64,000 bases of DNA from Fimbriosthenelais zetlandica (taxonomy: Eukaryota), in assembly GCA_977030845.1 (NCBI GenBank), contig OZ365115.1, positions 19,840,001 to 19,904,000 of the forward strand, read 5' to 3'. The number at the start of each line of letters is the position of its first letter. Position 1 is the stretch's first letter. The notes below the pieces were generated by a model. It was given only the letters and a program-made list of their open reading frames with translations. It was not told the origin of the DNA and ran no database searches. Of this stretch, positions 22,838 through 35,108 are shown piece after piece. A program made the translations under genes and the position numbers.

Positions 22838-22914
22838 GCCTGAACCCACTGAGTTACAATCTCCCTACAATCTGCTTGAAAATGCTCAAAATAAGATGTA
22901 GAGTTTTCTGATCC
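22838..22914. mobile_element. MITE family C, one end (copy C2)
   Basis: TA-GCCTGAACCCACTGAGTTACAATCTCCCTACAATCTGCTTGAAAATGCTCAAAATAAGATGTAGAGTTTTCTGATC is a near-identical reverse complement of 1-78. Confidence 0.8.
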
Positions 22915-24149
22915 ATGAAGAAAAACACAAAGCACACTGAGATATGATCTTAGGTTCATTCCACATATCTTTTCAGTAGGTTCATTCCACATACTTTTAA
23001 CATTTTTGTTGTAATTGGATCGTAAAGCAGAACGTCACTTTCAACAATTTTTAGGTTATATCATGACAGTGCCTATACTTGTGACAGTAAGCCCAATGCT
23101 CTTTTATGGTGCTGTCTCACTAAGCTAGATTATAATTCGCGGGTACCTGACATTATACCTCACCCAGTCACATTATACTGACACCGGGTTGACCAGTCCT
23201 AGTACTGTCCTCTTTTTGCTGAGTGACACACGAGGGAGCCACTATAGTCCCATTTTGTTCAGTCTTTGGTATGACTATGGGGAATTTCTACGCTGAAAGA
23301 GGCCCCTTGTATACATCCTAGAATCGCAAGAACCGTGAAGTGGAACAGGTACGTATAGTATTATATTAAGCAAACACCACAAAAAGTAAATTCCATCGGG
23401 GTTTGGAGTTGTCTGCAAGGCTGCTGTGTTCATCCAGAAAAGAATAAAAACAAATTTGATGAATGGCCTCTGACATTCCCTGTGTAGTATGTAACAATCA
23501 TCAACATTTTATCAGACATTCACAAGTACCCCCTCAGTGTGGTATTATCCAAAGGCCAACAATATCATGGGAAAATCCACCAGGCAGACTGGGGTCGTAT
23601 ATTATGCAGTGAAGTATTTTTTCATCCCAAACAGAGAAGGATGCCCTTTGCACAGCTTTTACAGCAATAAAATCATATCCACATCACGTCTGTCCTTTAT
23701 ATTTGGATTTTATGTAGGCATCAGTTGCACTTGCATATAATACTGAAGTCACTTTTTGGTCAACCTATGGATGGATGACTGGAGGTACAGAGAAGTGGAT
23801 ATATATGCATGGATGGCTGGCAGGTGGTTATATGGCTAATAATTTTCACTGATTGGATTAATAGCGGGATTACTGTCAATTATTGTAGAGGTCTATGATA
23901 CGGGAAGGGACTGACTTATCAGCATTTTTTAAATTTTATTTAGAATTTTTATAGAGCCTGTTATGGGTGGATGCCAGCTCACACTCTTGATTACTCAAGA
24001 TTTCTATTATTTCAACTGGGGACTCTTTCTATGTGCATTACTACAATGTTTTCTGTGCAATGGATACTTCTAGGTGCATGTGCTCTAGAACATAATATTA
24101 ATTATGTACAAGGCACCAATACCCTGAGGAGGGAGGCATTTGAAATGCC

Positions 24150-24246
24150 TTGGACAGCTCAGGGGATTGAACAGCCAACCCTTCGATGATTGGTGAACCA
24201 ACCTGTGTGAGCTGGCGCTCTATAACCAACTGAGCTAAATTCCCTC
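24150..24246 (-). mobile_element. tRNA-derived SINE-like head or tRNA pseudogene
   Basis: Minus strand has A-box TAGCTCAGTTGGTTATAGAGCGC and B-box-like GTTCAATCCCC, separated by ~45 nt that do not fold as an anticodon arm. Confidence 0.55.
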
Positions 24247-24880
24247 TTTAAAGAAGGGAGCATCTCCAGTAAGCCATCCTGGTCTTGTCCACACCGCAGA
24301 TGACTGGACCAATATAGGCCTACCCGACCATCGGCTAAAGTCGCAAGGAAACCAACACTGCCAGTGAATTAAGCCCAAGACAAGGACACGGTGGTCGTTC
24401 CACCTGTTTTACTCACGATAATTGAGAACATCTGAAATCATGGTCTTTAATTGAAGAGTGTAGAGAAACTGCCATGGTGAGTCCGAGCTGGTTTCACTCT
24501 CGAGTAACTTTAAAATTCATGGCCAGAGCAGGTGCCTTAAACTACCTATCTATTTCTAATGCCATAAAATATTGCTTCTGATGTGATTGTCACGGGGACT
24601 GATCTGCACCCAAAAAGCATTCAAGGGGGAATTAAAATGGCATGCGCCAGAGGTTTTGCATCTAAATCGAATCTGAAATCCTTTATTGGAAAATAGATGT
24701 ATTCACCAGGGATATGATCTTTTGCAGGGGACAGGCATGTCATGTGATGCCGTGGCTCCCCCGATATCAAAATCGGCATTACATGTACATGTTATATGTA
24801 TAGGTCTTATATCCACACTGAAATTATGTTGTCAAATGGAAGCGAAGTAACCATAAATGAACAAAGCGATCACTAACATA

Positions 24881-25266
24881 CATGATGTGTTTTCATTAAA
24901 TGAGTCTAAAGTCGCACAGGCCCATTCAGCGCAGGCCTACAGGCCTGAAAGCTTTGTACACAAGCCAATTATTTCTCTTAGCATTTTCGCATTATAACAA
25001 GTATATGTTTTTACTATTTTTGTGAGTGAAATTGAGAAAACTTTGTGCGTGTTTTCCCTTCAAGATTCTTTCCAGTTGGACAAAAAATTGTTTGAAATTG
25101 GTATCTTCTCTAGTTTTCGCTGTTACTACATTTATATTTTGAAATTTCATTCCATCTCCATGTGCTATATATCAATATAACGCCCGTAATCTTGTCTATA
25201 AGAATCTGTACCTGACTCAAAATCTATTTTTGTGAAATTAGACTCATTTAGTGAAAACACGTCACA
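24881..25266 (-). mobile_element. MITE family D, full-length copy D3, inverted relative to D2
   Basis: TIRs CATGATGTGTTTTCATTAAATGAGTCTAA / TTAGACTCATTTAGTGAAAACACGTCACA. The interior is the reverse complement of D2. Confidence 0.85.
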
Positions 25267-28200
25267 TTTTACAAGCCATCTGTTGAGTTATATACCCTGG
25301 ATTTTAGGGTATTGTAATAACTAAATCCAGCATTACGAGTAATGGATCTATTAGCAATTATTTCTTCAACAAACAACACCTAGCTTTTTTCCCGGAATAT
25401 AATTTTCATATTTCTCGATGACTATAATTCAAAATTGAATGGCTCAGCTATACATCATATCGTGACAATCAGCTTTTTAACTAATGAGGCTCAGGTCCCT
25501 CTGGTACAAAGTTCAGGGTTGGTTCTATGGTTGAATGCCTGCACGCATATCTCAGCAAACCTACATTAACCATTCTTGTATCTGTTAGTCAAATAAATAC
25601 TGAATGTGAAAAATTAAACGTGTCCGGCTACCTTTTTTATTTCTTGTAAATTTTTGCTTTTATTTCTTTCACAATGTTAATTTCAACGTATAAGTGAGAT
25701 TATAATAATGCTCTTCCTATATTGGATTGATTGGGGAGAAAGCAATATTTCCTATGGAAAATAACATACCACATGATTCCCATGAGAGTAATCTTAAAGG
25801 GAGCCTGAATGGATGAACACCACTGCAGTACATTCCATGATCCAAGTTTAAATATCATCAGATTACTGCAGATAAACCAACATTGTAATATCAGAGTCTA
25901 AATATTGACTTTCTGATTTTACACACGAGGAGGCAGTGATCACAGACTTTCTCCAAGAAGTATTTTTTTTATTTGTGAAATATCTATCAATTTTCTAATG
26001 AGTTAACTGAGTTAAGAACGGGGTCAGGGGTCAGCCTGTGTGTGGGCTGAAAGTGGCTTCTTCCCATGACCACCTAAAAGCTGAAAGCAGGCATGCTCCA
26101 CTTGGTAACGTGATTTGGTTTGGCTTAATTAGACCAGAGGGAGCTGTTCAAATTTACCCAAGTGATTATGTAAATGGAACATTGATTCACTCAAGACTGT
26201 TGCATGGATTTAAGGTTCTATTGTTTTACATAATTATCAAGGCATGCCAGACAAATTGATCATTTGAAGCTTTTATCTACCCAACTTTTAAATTGAGATT
26301 CTGTATAGAGTTCACTATCTTGTGAAGAAGCTTGCATGGAGAAATAGATAGAACTGACCGAGGGCAGGTTTGGGTGGTGGTATGTCGATCCCTGTTACCC
26401 CAGGGACATACCACCCACCCAAACCAACAAAAATACCCCCAAAATCATTGTATTCCTATTGCAAATTAATGTTATAGGAAACTAGGTCAACCAGTATTTC
26501 CCTAGGGCAAAATACTGGACATAATATGTCCCTCCCGACTACATATATTTCCCCCCTATACTAATCCTATGGATGAACACTTAATTGGGGTTGAATAAAG
26601 TAGTAAACGGGCCAATTGTCATTAACAGCATATATAATCTGTCTACTCTCTTGTTAATTGAAACAGACAACTCATGACAGGGCCTAATACCTTGGGCTGC
26701 GAAGAAATTAATTTAAGTACTGTGGGAATGGAATGTATTTGGAAGAATGTTCAACAAACCAGTATTATTCCAAGAAGAATGGCAATAACTCACTTAGAAC
26801 TTTCCTGCAAGTTTGTATTTCCAGTAATCAGTTTCAAACTAGAACTCGAAGCTCGAAAGCAGTACTTACCAACAAATGGTCATAAAGTCATTCAACATGA
26901 ACATGGATCACATGCTATCACATGTTACTCGAGAGGATCATGGCATAAATGTCATAATCCATCAAAGCAGGTCCATTCCCTTCTGACGTGTATTTGAGCA
27001 TTAGCCATTATGGTACTTCAATACTGATATGACGGATATTGCACATGCTTAAACATTGAATTGCATGTGGCAAAAAATGCATGTTTACAAGTGCTTGAAA
27101 CGTTTGTGTGGGCTATTCAAAAATGAACTCGGCATCGCATCGTTCACAGTTGGTCACTTTATTCTTCAAATGATTTTTAGGAATCGGTATCCTGTATTTT
27201 GTTAAATTTGTCCTTATCCGGGATATATCAATTTGAGTAATACAGAAATATAGTTCGTACCCAAAAATTAAAATTATTTTTTGCTTATTTTTGTCCTTAA
27301 AATTGGATAAATATAGGTCATTTCTTTTTTCTTTCTGTTTTTTTAATACTAATTTTGAAGTGATTCGAAATGGCCATAAAGTTTTCTGCATTCACTATAT
27401 TCGGAAAACAAAATTATTGGGGATGATTAGGCTGGAAGAAGGTGCTTTTTGAAGAACAACTTTGGGTAAAAATGACAAAAATGACAATTCGTCAGGAATG
27501 GGTTAATATATCAGCATTGTCTCCAGAATATTCCTAGTAAAACTGTATATGGGGAAACATTTAATTTAAGATGTCAATACAACCTCAACAGCACCATCTG
27601 CTCTTCACCTCCCTTCTGTCAGTCACTCTTGACTATAGCAAAGTCAGATGGCTCTCTAATTGGATTTTTTTTATCATCAGGCCCTATCTCACTTAAAATG
27701 GCATCTGAAAGGCAGAGTGGGAAGTGCAAGTAGCCCTCCATGGTGGGCATAATCGTTGACTGTGGAATGATAAATCAGTAATAACTAATTGCTGTGTGCT
27801 CTGGCAGGCACAGTGAGGGATTACTAGTATTACCACATTAGCCAATACTAAGTCCAGGGGCTTAATGTAGAAACACTTCCAGCCAGCAGAATTCTGATGG
27901 TCCATAATTGATTTATAATATTAATGTAATAAGTAAGATATTAATGTATACTATTATTTTATGCCTAATTGGAAAGAGCCAGATAATTATGATACTAATT
28001 ATGACAGCATCGACGAGAACCACCTACAAGGACATCACACACGTAATATATTGTATTTGGGGGAGAAATGATCTTAAAAGCTTTGGGTTACAATAATTGA
28101 AACAGACCATAAATCCCATGTGATGGCAACGCGATTCCACGAAAATAAGGACATGTTATTACAATTTATCAAAAAAGTGGGCAATTCTCCCAATGTCATT

Positions 28201-29299
28201 GATCAATGGTGTCAACAAAAGAGGCTCGTTTTCTGCCTTTCTTGTCCAATTTAATGTCTGCTTTTTATGCTCTCAATTGGTGGTGGACGAGCTCGCTTGG
28301 GGATTGAGGTGGTACTGGATTCAGAAAGTTTAATGAATACATGAATGGAAAGGATATGAATGAAGTGAATTCAATTTAAGTATTGAACATCTATATGCTC
28401 TTCAATATTACATATCCCCATTAATTTTGCCCTCTTCTGCATTGATATTGCAAAACGTCATTGTCGTGAAGAGGTTCACGTATTAATTGTTTTCTGATCA
28501 TTAGTTGTCGATCTCTTCACATCTACTCAGGAATGACATGAAGTGCTCATGTACTCAAGTTTCCAATGCCAATATTAAGAAATCACAATATTTGAGTAGG
28601 ACTGACTTCGAAACGGGTATCGATTAAAATAAGAATACCCGAACTCATGAGCATTTGAAACATGGAAGCAAGTAGCAACAACTACAAATGCTGATAGCCC
28701 CAAAGTGCATGGATATTTAATGTTCAAATAAATACCAAAGTAGAATTCACATTAATAGTGAACATTAGTGCACCCAGACTCCAAATATAGAGTAACAAAT
28801 ACAAATCAACAATGTTGGATCATGAATTGGGTATTCATTAAAGACTTGGCTCCAAACGAATTCATCAATTTATCAATTTGGCTCTGGACGATTATCAAGC
28901 ATCATTAGGAAGAATTGGCCTACAATTTACTGACTTTTTACATGAGCTACAAACGCAAATATCATCAATATTCATAGGTATAGGAAATGTCCGACATAAT
29001 AGAGGCAGTATCTAACTGCACTATCAGGAACGATGGGACAAATAAATTTGTATCAAACATGAATCAGCAGATTTTATAGTTGACTGCCATGTGCACAGTA
29101 GAGCTCTATATGGCAGGGTGCATTTCAGACAGAAATAAAAAACATTTCAAAGCCATTTTGGAAGTTGAAAGCATATATACATGCATTTAAGAGTGACGTG
29201 TTCATGCAACACGAGAATCGCTTTTGCCTGTGTTATATCAAGGGCTTCTTTCGTAAACAGGATTTTAGCAAGCTATAAATCGGGTGTCTCTCTGTAAAA

Positions 29300-29405
29300 T
29301 TCACAGCGAGTCCTGCATATCATTTTAAATAAATGATTTTACAGAACTGAACCCATACGGTCCAGTAAATTTTACAGGACGCCCCTGTAATTTACATTTG
29401 CAGTG
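29300..29405. mobile_element. Possible end of a CACTG-type (CMC/EnSpm-like) non-autonomous element
   Basis: Ends ATTTACATTTGCAGTG (reverse complement CACTGCAAATGTAAAT) with repeated TTTTACAG/CTGTAA subterminal motifs. No partner end found. Confidence 0.35.
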
Positions 29406-29751
29406 TTAGGTTACATATAATATGAGAATATTTGACTCATATCCATATAGAAAATAATAATAACGTCAAAAAGTTTCACAGAGTAAAATTCTCGCTTTTT
29501 CCTATGGCTGGATGGTAAAGGGTGTTTATGAAGCTTTAGAGACTGTTAGTTGCGAGGAAACATGTGATCTTCAATTGGTTCAATCATCCAATCCCATCAC
29601 TGTTTGCATGTTTGCATGTCCCTCGTGATCAGGGTGCTGCAGGGTTTGTCAGTTTCAAATTTGGTCCTTTTTCCGACGGAAAAGGAACAGCTTGAGGTCG
29701 CTAGGTGCTATGAAAGAATAGTGAGAACCTCTGAAACTCAAAAATTATCTT

Positions 29752-29938
29752 ATTCTCGTGCTCCACTGCTGCGATTTCGCTTGCGACACTACTGCGACAA
29801 AGGTGATGCTTGTGTCGCAATAGAATATTGTGGTCCAAGTGTCCAAGGCCTTAAGACCATCCTCCACTTGTACATTTTTCTTTGGAACATAAACATCACC
29901 TTTGTTATAGTAAAATGGCAGCAGTGGAGTACTGCCTT
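29752..29938 (+). mobile_element. MITE family A, copy A1
   Basis: CTCCACTGCTGCGATTTCGCTTGCGACACTACTGCGACAAAGGTGATG ... CATCACCTTTGT ... GCAGCAGTGGAGTACTGCCTT followed by TA. Confidence 0.85.
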
Positions 29939-30094
29939 TAGGTCGGAAATATGCGGCCTGAGTGAATCCAGTTTGTGTTCTTCATTCTCAGCCTTGTATA
30001 CAGTATACTGAATCGTTATAAAGTCATTATTGCGCTCTCTTGCGCTAAAGTCATCATTATCAGCCTACAGATTATATACCAACAGGGAATACTC

Positions 30095-30165
30095 AGCCTG
30101 TTACAAAAGGAATACATATACGCAATGCTACGTCTATGGCTAATATTCCTTTTGAAACAGGTCCC
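30095..30165 (+). mobile_element. Mini-MITE family F, copy F2
   Basis: GCCTGTTACAAAAGGAATA ... GCAATGCTACGTCTATGGCTAATATTCCTTTTGAAACAGGTCCC. Confidence 0.75.
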
Positions 30166-30623
30166 TAGCTATGTTTTAAATTTTTAACAATGAGTAACAC
30201 AAACCATCATTGTGTATCAAGTTCATATCCACATATATGCAGTGCAGACCTTTGTATTGCTTGCATCAGTAAGCGCATAGCAGTCGATTCGTGCATGGAT
30301 CCGCAGTCCATTGTCTGGAGCAAATGTGAGGTACACATTTTATTCTGAATATTCTAAAAAAATAAATGGACAAAGTGGAGACCCAATTCACTATTTGAAC
30401 TGGGAGCATAGAATATAGGCTATTGTACACCATGTATAAAATGGCTACAGAAAGTTTAATCGGAATTTATGTAACCCCTGGGATGTAGTCACAATCTCTT
30501 GAAATCCAGGCTTCGGATACAATTCATTTTATTTAAAATAAATTATATGAGGTCATATAAAGTTTCAGAAAATGTCACTCTGGTCATCACTGAAATGGAA
30601 TCAGTAGGACATAGATTGTTATT

Positions 30624-30893
30624 TAGGGTTCCCAGCAGTTCATGAAAATAGAATTCCCTGAGTAAGCACTGAGTAAGACCTTAAATTCCAGGAGATATTT
30701 TAGTCATATGAAACTCTCTGAACTTCAGTGGCTGGCATGTGATTGTACGCGTCAATCTTTGAAAGATTATCCATCTGATTCAGTCCTGGAATTCCCTGAG
30801 TTTCCCCTGATTTTTCCTTTTTTCTCAAGTTCCTTTTCTGGCGAAACTCATTTTCCAGGTTTTCCCTGATTCCCAGAGTAACTGGGAACCCTT
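30624..30893 (+). mobile_element. MITE family H (CAGGG termini, hAT-like), copy H1
   Basis: TAGGGTTCCCAG ... CTGGGAACCCT, with interior colinear to H2 and H3. TSD not clear. Confidence 0.85.
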
Positions 30894-32791
30894 TTAGTCT
30901 CCATCCGTTGAAGCCTGATAATTTGAAATCAAGCTATACCTGATCCCATTCTTCAGAGAGGACAAAATGTCCTGCTGGGGTCTTCAACGATTCTTTAATA
31001 GAATGAAGCATCAACAGTTCCACACCCACCATTGATGGTCTCACGGGGTCATGTTTTAAAGAGAGCCCTACCCAGGGACACACTGCCTCCAAAATATATC
31101 TCCCCGGTCCTCGTCACAACCTCCCACTACAGGGACTCTTTCCTTTGCTGCTTTTTATTTCAACTTTTTATAAAAGCCTGTCCACGGAGGCAACTTTGGA
31201 AAACCTCTGTCGCCCCTTGGGAGTGAAGCACCCTTGTACTGAGGTCGATTCTCTATGGCCATATTAGGCAGGTCCTCTTGGGGCTTGTCTGGACTGGAGG
31301 TTAAAAAAGTTCCTCCACCAGTATCAATAGCCTGATCAGAGGGTCTCATAGAGGCTGGTTGGCTGTCCTGGAAATTGATTACATTAGTCCTATAGACCCT
31401 AATGTTAGTCTTGTTAGTTTGAAGCAGTTGGTTTTGCTATAGGGTCTATGTTTTTTGTCCTGTGTACTGCCTGATGTGGACCTTATCTGATGTGGATAAT
31501 TATCTACGCTTTCAATGAAGTGATTCGGGATAATGACTCTTCAGGAAAGAATTTCTGGATGAGACAGGACTAGTGTTTATCCATTTGTATAACTTCTTAA
31601 TTGGGAAGAAGTCTCTAAAGTTAATTATATGAGACACAATAGAAAAAGATAAATGTTCTAATAAGTCTGTACAGAAGAGAGAATCATTGCTTTTGTTGGT
31701 ATTTCTCGCAGTACATAATATATCTCCATCAGACCATCTGCCTGCATCCATCATTCACCTACTGGTAAGAGAAGAATTCTCTTTGGCTCTACTTTTATCA
31801 GAATGCTTCCCATTATTGTATGGTCAGGTCGGCAGACTGTTGGTAAGAAGGAATGCCCCGGCAGGCTTTCCAGTACAGCCCGTCTGCAATACACAGTGAC
31901 TGAATGCAAGGCACCGACCGTGGAGCATCTACCCCGTGCCCTCCACCTCCTCCTTCTCCTCCTGCGTTCCACCAATGCCTGGAGTGTTGTTGGTGCCTGA
32001 CCGTAGGAACTACTGTAGGCACCTGTCTCTCTCTCTCTCTCTTCATCCCACATCCTCCACTTCCTCCCCCCTCAACCAACCAAACCCAACCCGAACACGG
32101 GAACAATAGCCACTAAAACTATTGTTTGTGGTGCCATCGAATGGGGTGAAAGCCCCCACTACCACCACCAGCACCTCCAGCACAAACAGCATACCTGATA
32201 CTTGTTATAATCAGATATAATTGTGGTTCGATTGATCTGGAGCCAGTCAGCCAGTGAGAGTAGCGTGTACACTGGAGTCGCAGCCAGGAGGGCGCGAGCA
32301 ACTTTTGATTGCTCCAACCTGCTCCACCTATGTATGCATGATTCAAGCCAATGGATTAGCAACAGGCTGAATCGGTTGGGGGTCAGTGGTTTTTTGTTGG
32401 TCATTTACCTGAGCGCCCAGCCTATTATTATTGCCTATTGAATGAGGTTGGTTTTAATGGCCTGGTGAGCAGGGCAGTGGGGGATCCAAATGTCCAGGCG
32501 GTGATGATAATGATTGGTGATCACCGAAAGGCTGATTTGAGAGAGGAGTTGGATAATGCCAGAACATGCTGTGATGTACCGCAACCACTTCACCAGCTGT
32601 CATCGTTATCATTCTAGTCGGAGGCAACCCTTTCTAGCCTGGAGGATTGTAATAATATCAAGAGGAGGAGGAGGTAGTAGTAGTAGTAGAAGAAGAAGAG
32701 GAAAGAATCTGGAGAGGAAACCCCCTCAGGAAACGAAGAGAGTACACTATCAGGAGGCGGGACTCGGTTGGCTTGGTAAAGGATTATTAAC

Positions 32792-32983
32792 ATGGAAGAG
32801 GAGAGATGGGAAGATTATGAGGACATTAATGTATCTTTGACCGAATCACTTGGCGAGTATAAGCCGTCCTCGCCCAGTGATGTGGAGTCTCTTGAATTTA
32901 AATTCCCCTCCAAAGGCGATACCAACTACATAGCGGAGGAGGAGGATTTTGGGCCTGAAACCGATCCACCTGGATACACAGAG
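32792..32983 (+). CDS. Candidate first coding exon, acidic 64-aa peptide MEEERWEDYEDINVSL...DPPGYTE
   Basis: Start context AACATGG, 192 nt open, ending at a consensus donor GAG|GTGAGT in phase 0. Read unspliced, the ORF ends at 33016. No homology recognised. Confidence 0.4.
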
Positions 32984-33429
32984 GTGAGTGACTTTGTTTG
33001 GGATCATCCTTCTTAATCCGTCTCTTTATTTGTTAACCCATCGTTTATCTTGGATGATCCCGTCAACAGGATTTTCCGTGGGAAAGGCATTCTGACTAAT
33101 GTATGATTCAATGGCCAACGGATCGTAATTATGTTAAGTTTTGTCACAGTTACCACATATTAAGCATCTTGGAGATGGATAAATCTCAGTCTTTCAGATC
33201 ATTTTTTTTTACCGACTAATAACGGATCTAGAGTGATTTTATCCGACATATGCCCCTATAACTGTGAGATATTGGCACAAATCAGTGATATATAGTGCTG
33301 AATGCCTCTAAAATACGGCAATGCGGGCTTGTAGTACATAAAGCATTCCAATTGACAGAATACATCAACCCTTTTCAAACCCAGATAGAGAGTTATAAAA
33401 TCACAGTAGTTTCATTTAGGGCATGTTAA

Positions 33430-33661
33430 GGGGCCATCTCAAAAGTTAGCACTTTTTTTCGAAACTTAATCCTTTTACAACAGTAGGTGGTGGTCTGAGG
33501 CCCACTTCAATTTGTGAAAAAACAATTGCATGGATCTACCAGTTACCATGATTTCAAATGTTATTAACACTTTAGTATACGGGTTGGGGTGATGGTCTGA
33601 CTCCAAATTAAATGAACTAGCCTAAATTCCTAAAACAATTGTGAACTTTTGAGATGGCCCC
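33430..33661. mobile_element. PIF/Harbinger-type (Tourist-like) MITE
   Basis: Perfect 18-bp TIRs GGGGCCATCTCAAAAGTT / AACTTTTGAGATGGCCCC and a perfect TAA duplication (33427-29, 33662-64), the target typical of PIF/Harbinger. Confidence 0.9.
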
Positions 33662-34839
33662 TAAACTCTCTAGATTTAAATGAGATGCATTAACTGAACT
33701 TTTAAACTGGCAAAATACAAATACAGTATGTAAATACGTAGAACCTGTTACTTGACTACTTTGTTTTTGTTTGTTCAACATACAGTCTGTGGGCCCTTAC
33801 AGACTCACCTCAGTTTTTAGACTCTTAGAATAAATCAAATCAACATATATATCCACAAGGTTCTTCTCCCAAAAAACCATTGAATAGAAAATCACATTTT
33901 AGTCATATCCTATCAGACAGCTTGAAAAACGAGGAAGAAATGGCTATTCATTCATAGCAAAAAAAGAGTAATTCATCAGCAAAAGATTGCCTATATCTCT
34001 AGGTACGTGGGTGAGACTGTTGGAAGTAGTAGAGTGATGGGAATACCTAGAGCTTTTCCTTGTTAATCAGTTTAACCCTATAGGGGGGGAAAGACTGAAT
34101 GAGCCCCGCTTCTGGCGTGAGCATTACATTTCTCCCGCAGGCACGTATGACGTTAATTTACACAATGATATATATCTTCCCCTTTCCTCTCCGACATTAC
34201 CCGACTGCCTTTGTATATTACCAGCGCAGAATACAATGTTTACTTCTCATAAAGCTTGAGAGGATGGACCAACATTTTGCAATACTGCCGCCGTTAACAA
34301 CCATTTATGATCAACAAATGAGATACAGTCCTTTATTCTAACTATTTTGTTTTGGATTTGGATTTCCTTCATAATTTAGCAGCACGTATTGAGATCATTT
34401 CATCAGACATACTTTATGCCAAATACAGATATATTCTTGTATTTAAAACAAAATAAAACATCAACAAAAAACCGTAGATCTCCTAACTATTTTGTTTTGC
34501 TGCAAGAAGACATTCGTTTCTCCCAGGAACAATGATGGTTACGATGTATTTTCCTGGACCGGAAGTTACGGATCATTTAACACGCGTAACAGGGGATACG
34601 AACCGGAGACCTTTTGATCCACCCTCTGGGATTTGAATTAGGATGTGGGACATTCGCCAAGGGAACCATCTCCCCAGCTTTGTAGGTGGTTGGCAGGCCA
34701 TGGTAGGATGCATAGGAATGTGTTATATACATAGGCGTTTGTGTGATGTTGGCAGAAGTATTAGGAATAAAAATAATGACGGTGAGGTCTCAGTTAGATC
34801 TAAGTCATTATAGCATTGAAATATTCGATATTCGGCTAA

Positions 34840-35108
34840 CAGGGTTACCAGCAGTGCATGGAAATTGAATTCCCCTGATTTTCCCTGAGTAAGCCCTTAA
34901 ATTCCAGGTGATATTTTAGTAATATGAAGCACTCTGAACTTCAGTGGTGGGCATGGGATTGTACGCGTCAATTTCAGGAAGATTATCCTTCTGAGTCAGC
35001 GTTGAAGTTCCCTGAGTTTTTCTCAAATTCCCCGAGTTTTCCCTGCCAGGAAAAGGTGAAACTCATTTTCCAGGTTTTCCCTGATTTCTAGAGTCACTGG
35101 GAACCCTG
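34840..35108 (+). mobile_element. MITE family H, copy H2, with 6-bp TSD GGCTAA
   Basis: GGCTAA|CAGGGTTACCAG ... CTGGGAACCCTG|GGCTAA. Confidence 0.9.

Noticed and set aside
27113-27510. 92-aa ORF with CERC, and a GGGTTAA piggyBac-like end near 27503
   Set aside because: The ORF is AT-rich and low-complexity with a single CxxC, and no matching TTAACCC end with TIR similarity was found.
29604-30011. Longest ORF (135 aa) and similar ORFs at 42692, 42764, 43755, 43773, 61069, 62717 and 62958
   Set aside because: They overlap family A MITEs; the recurring peptides (RHYCDKGDAC, ITFVAVVSQAKSQ) are translated TIRs, not a gene family.
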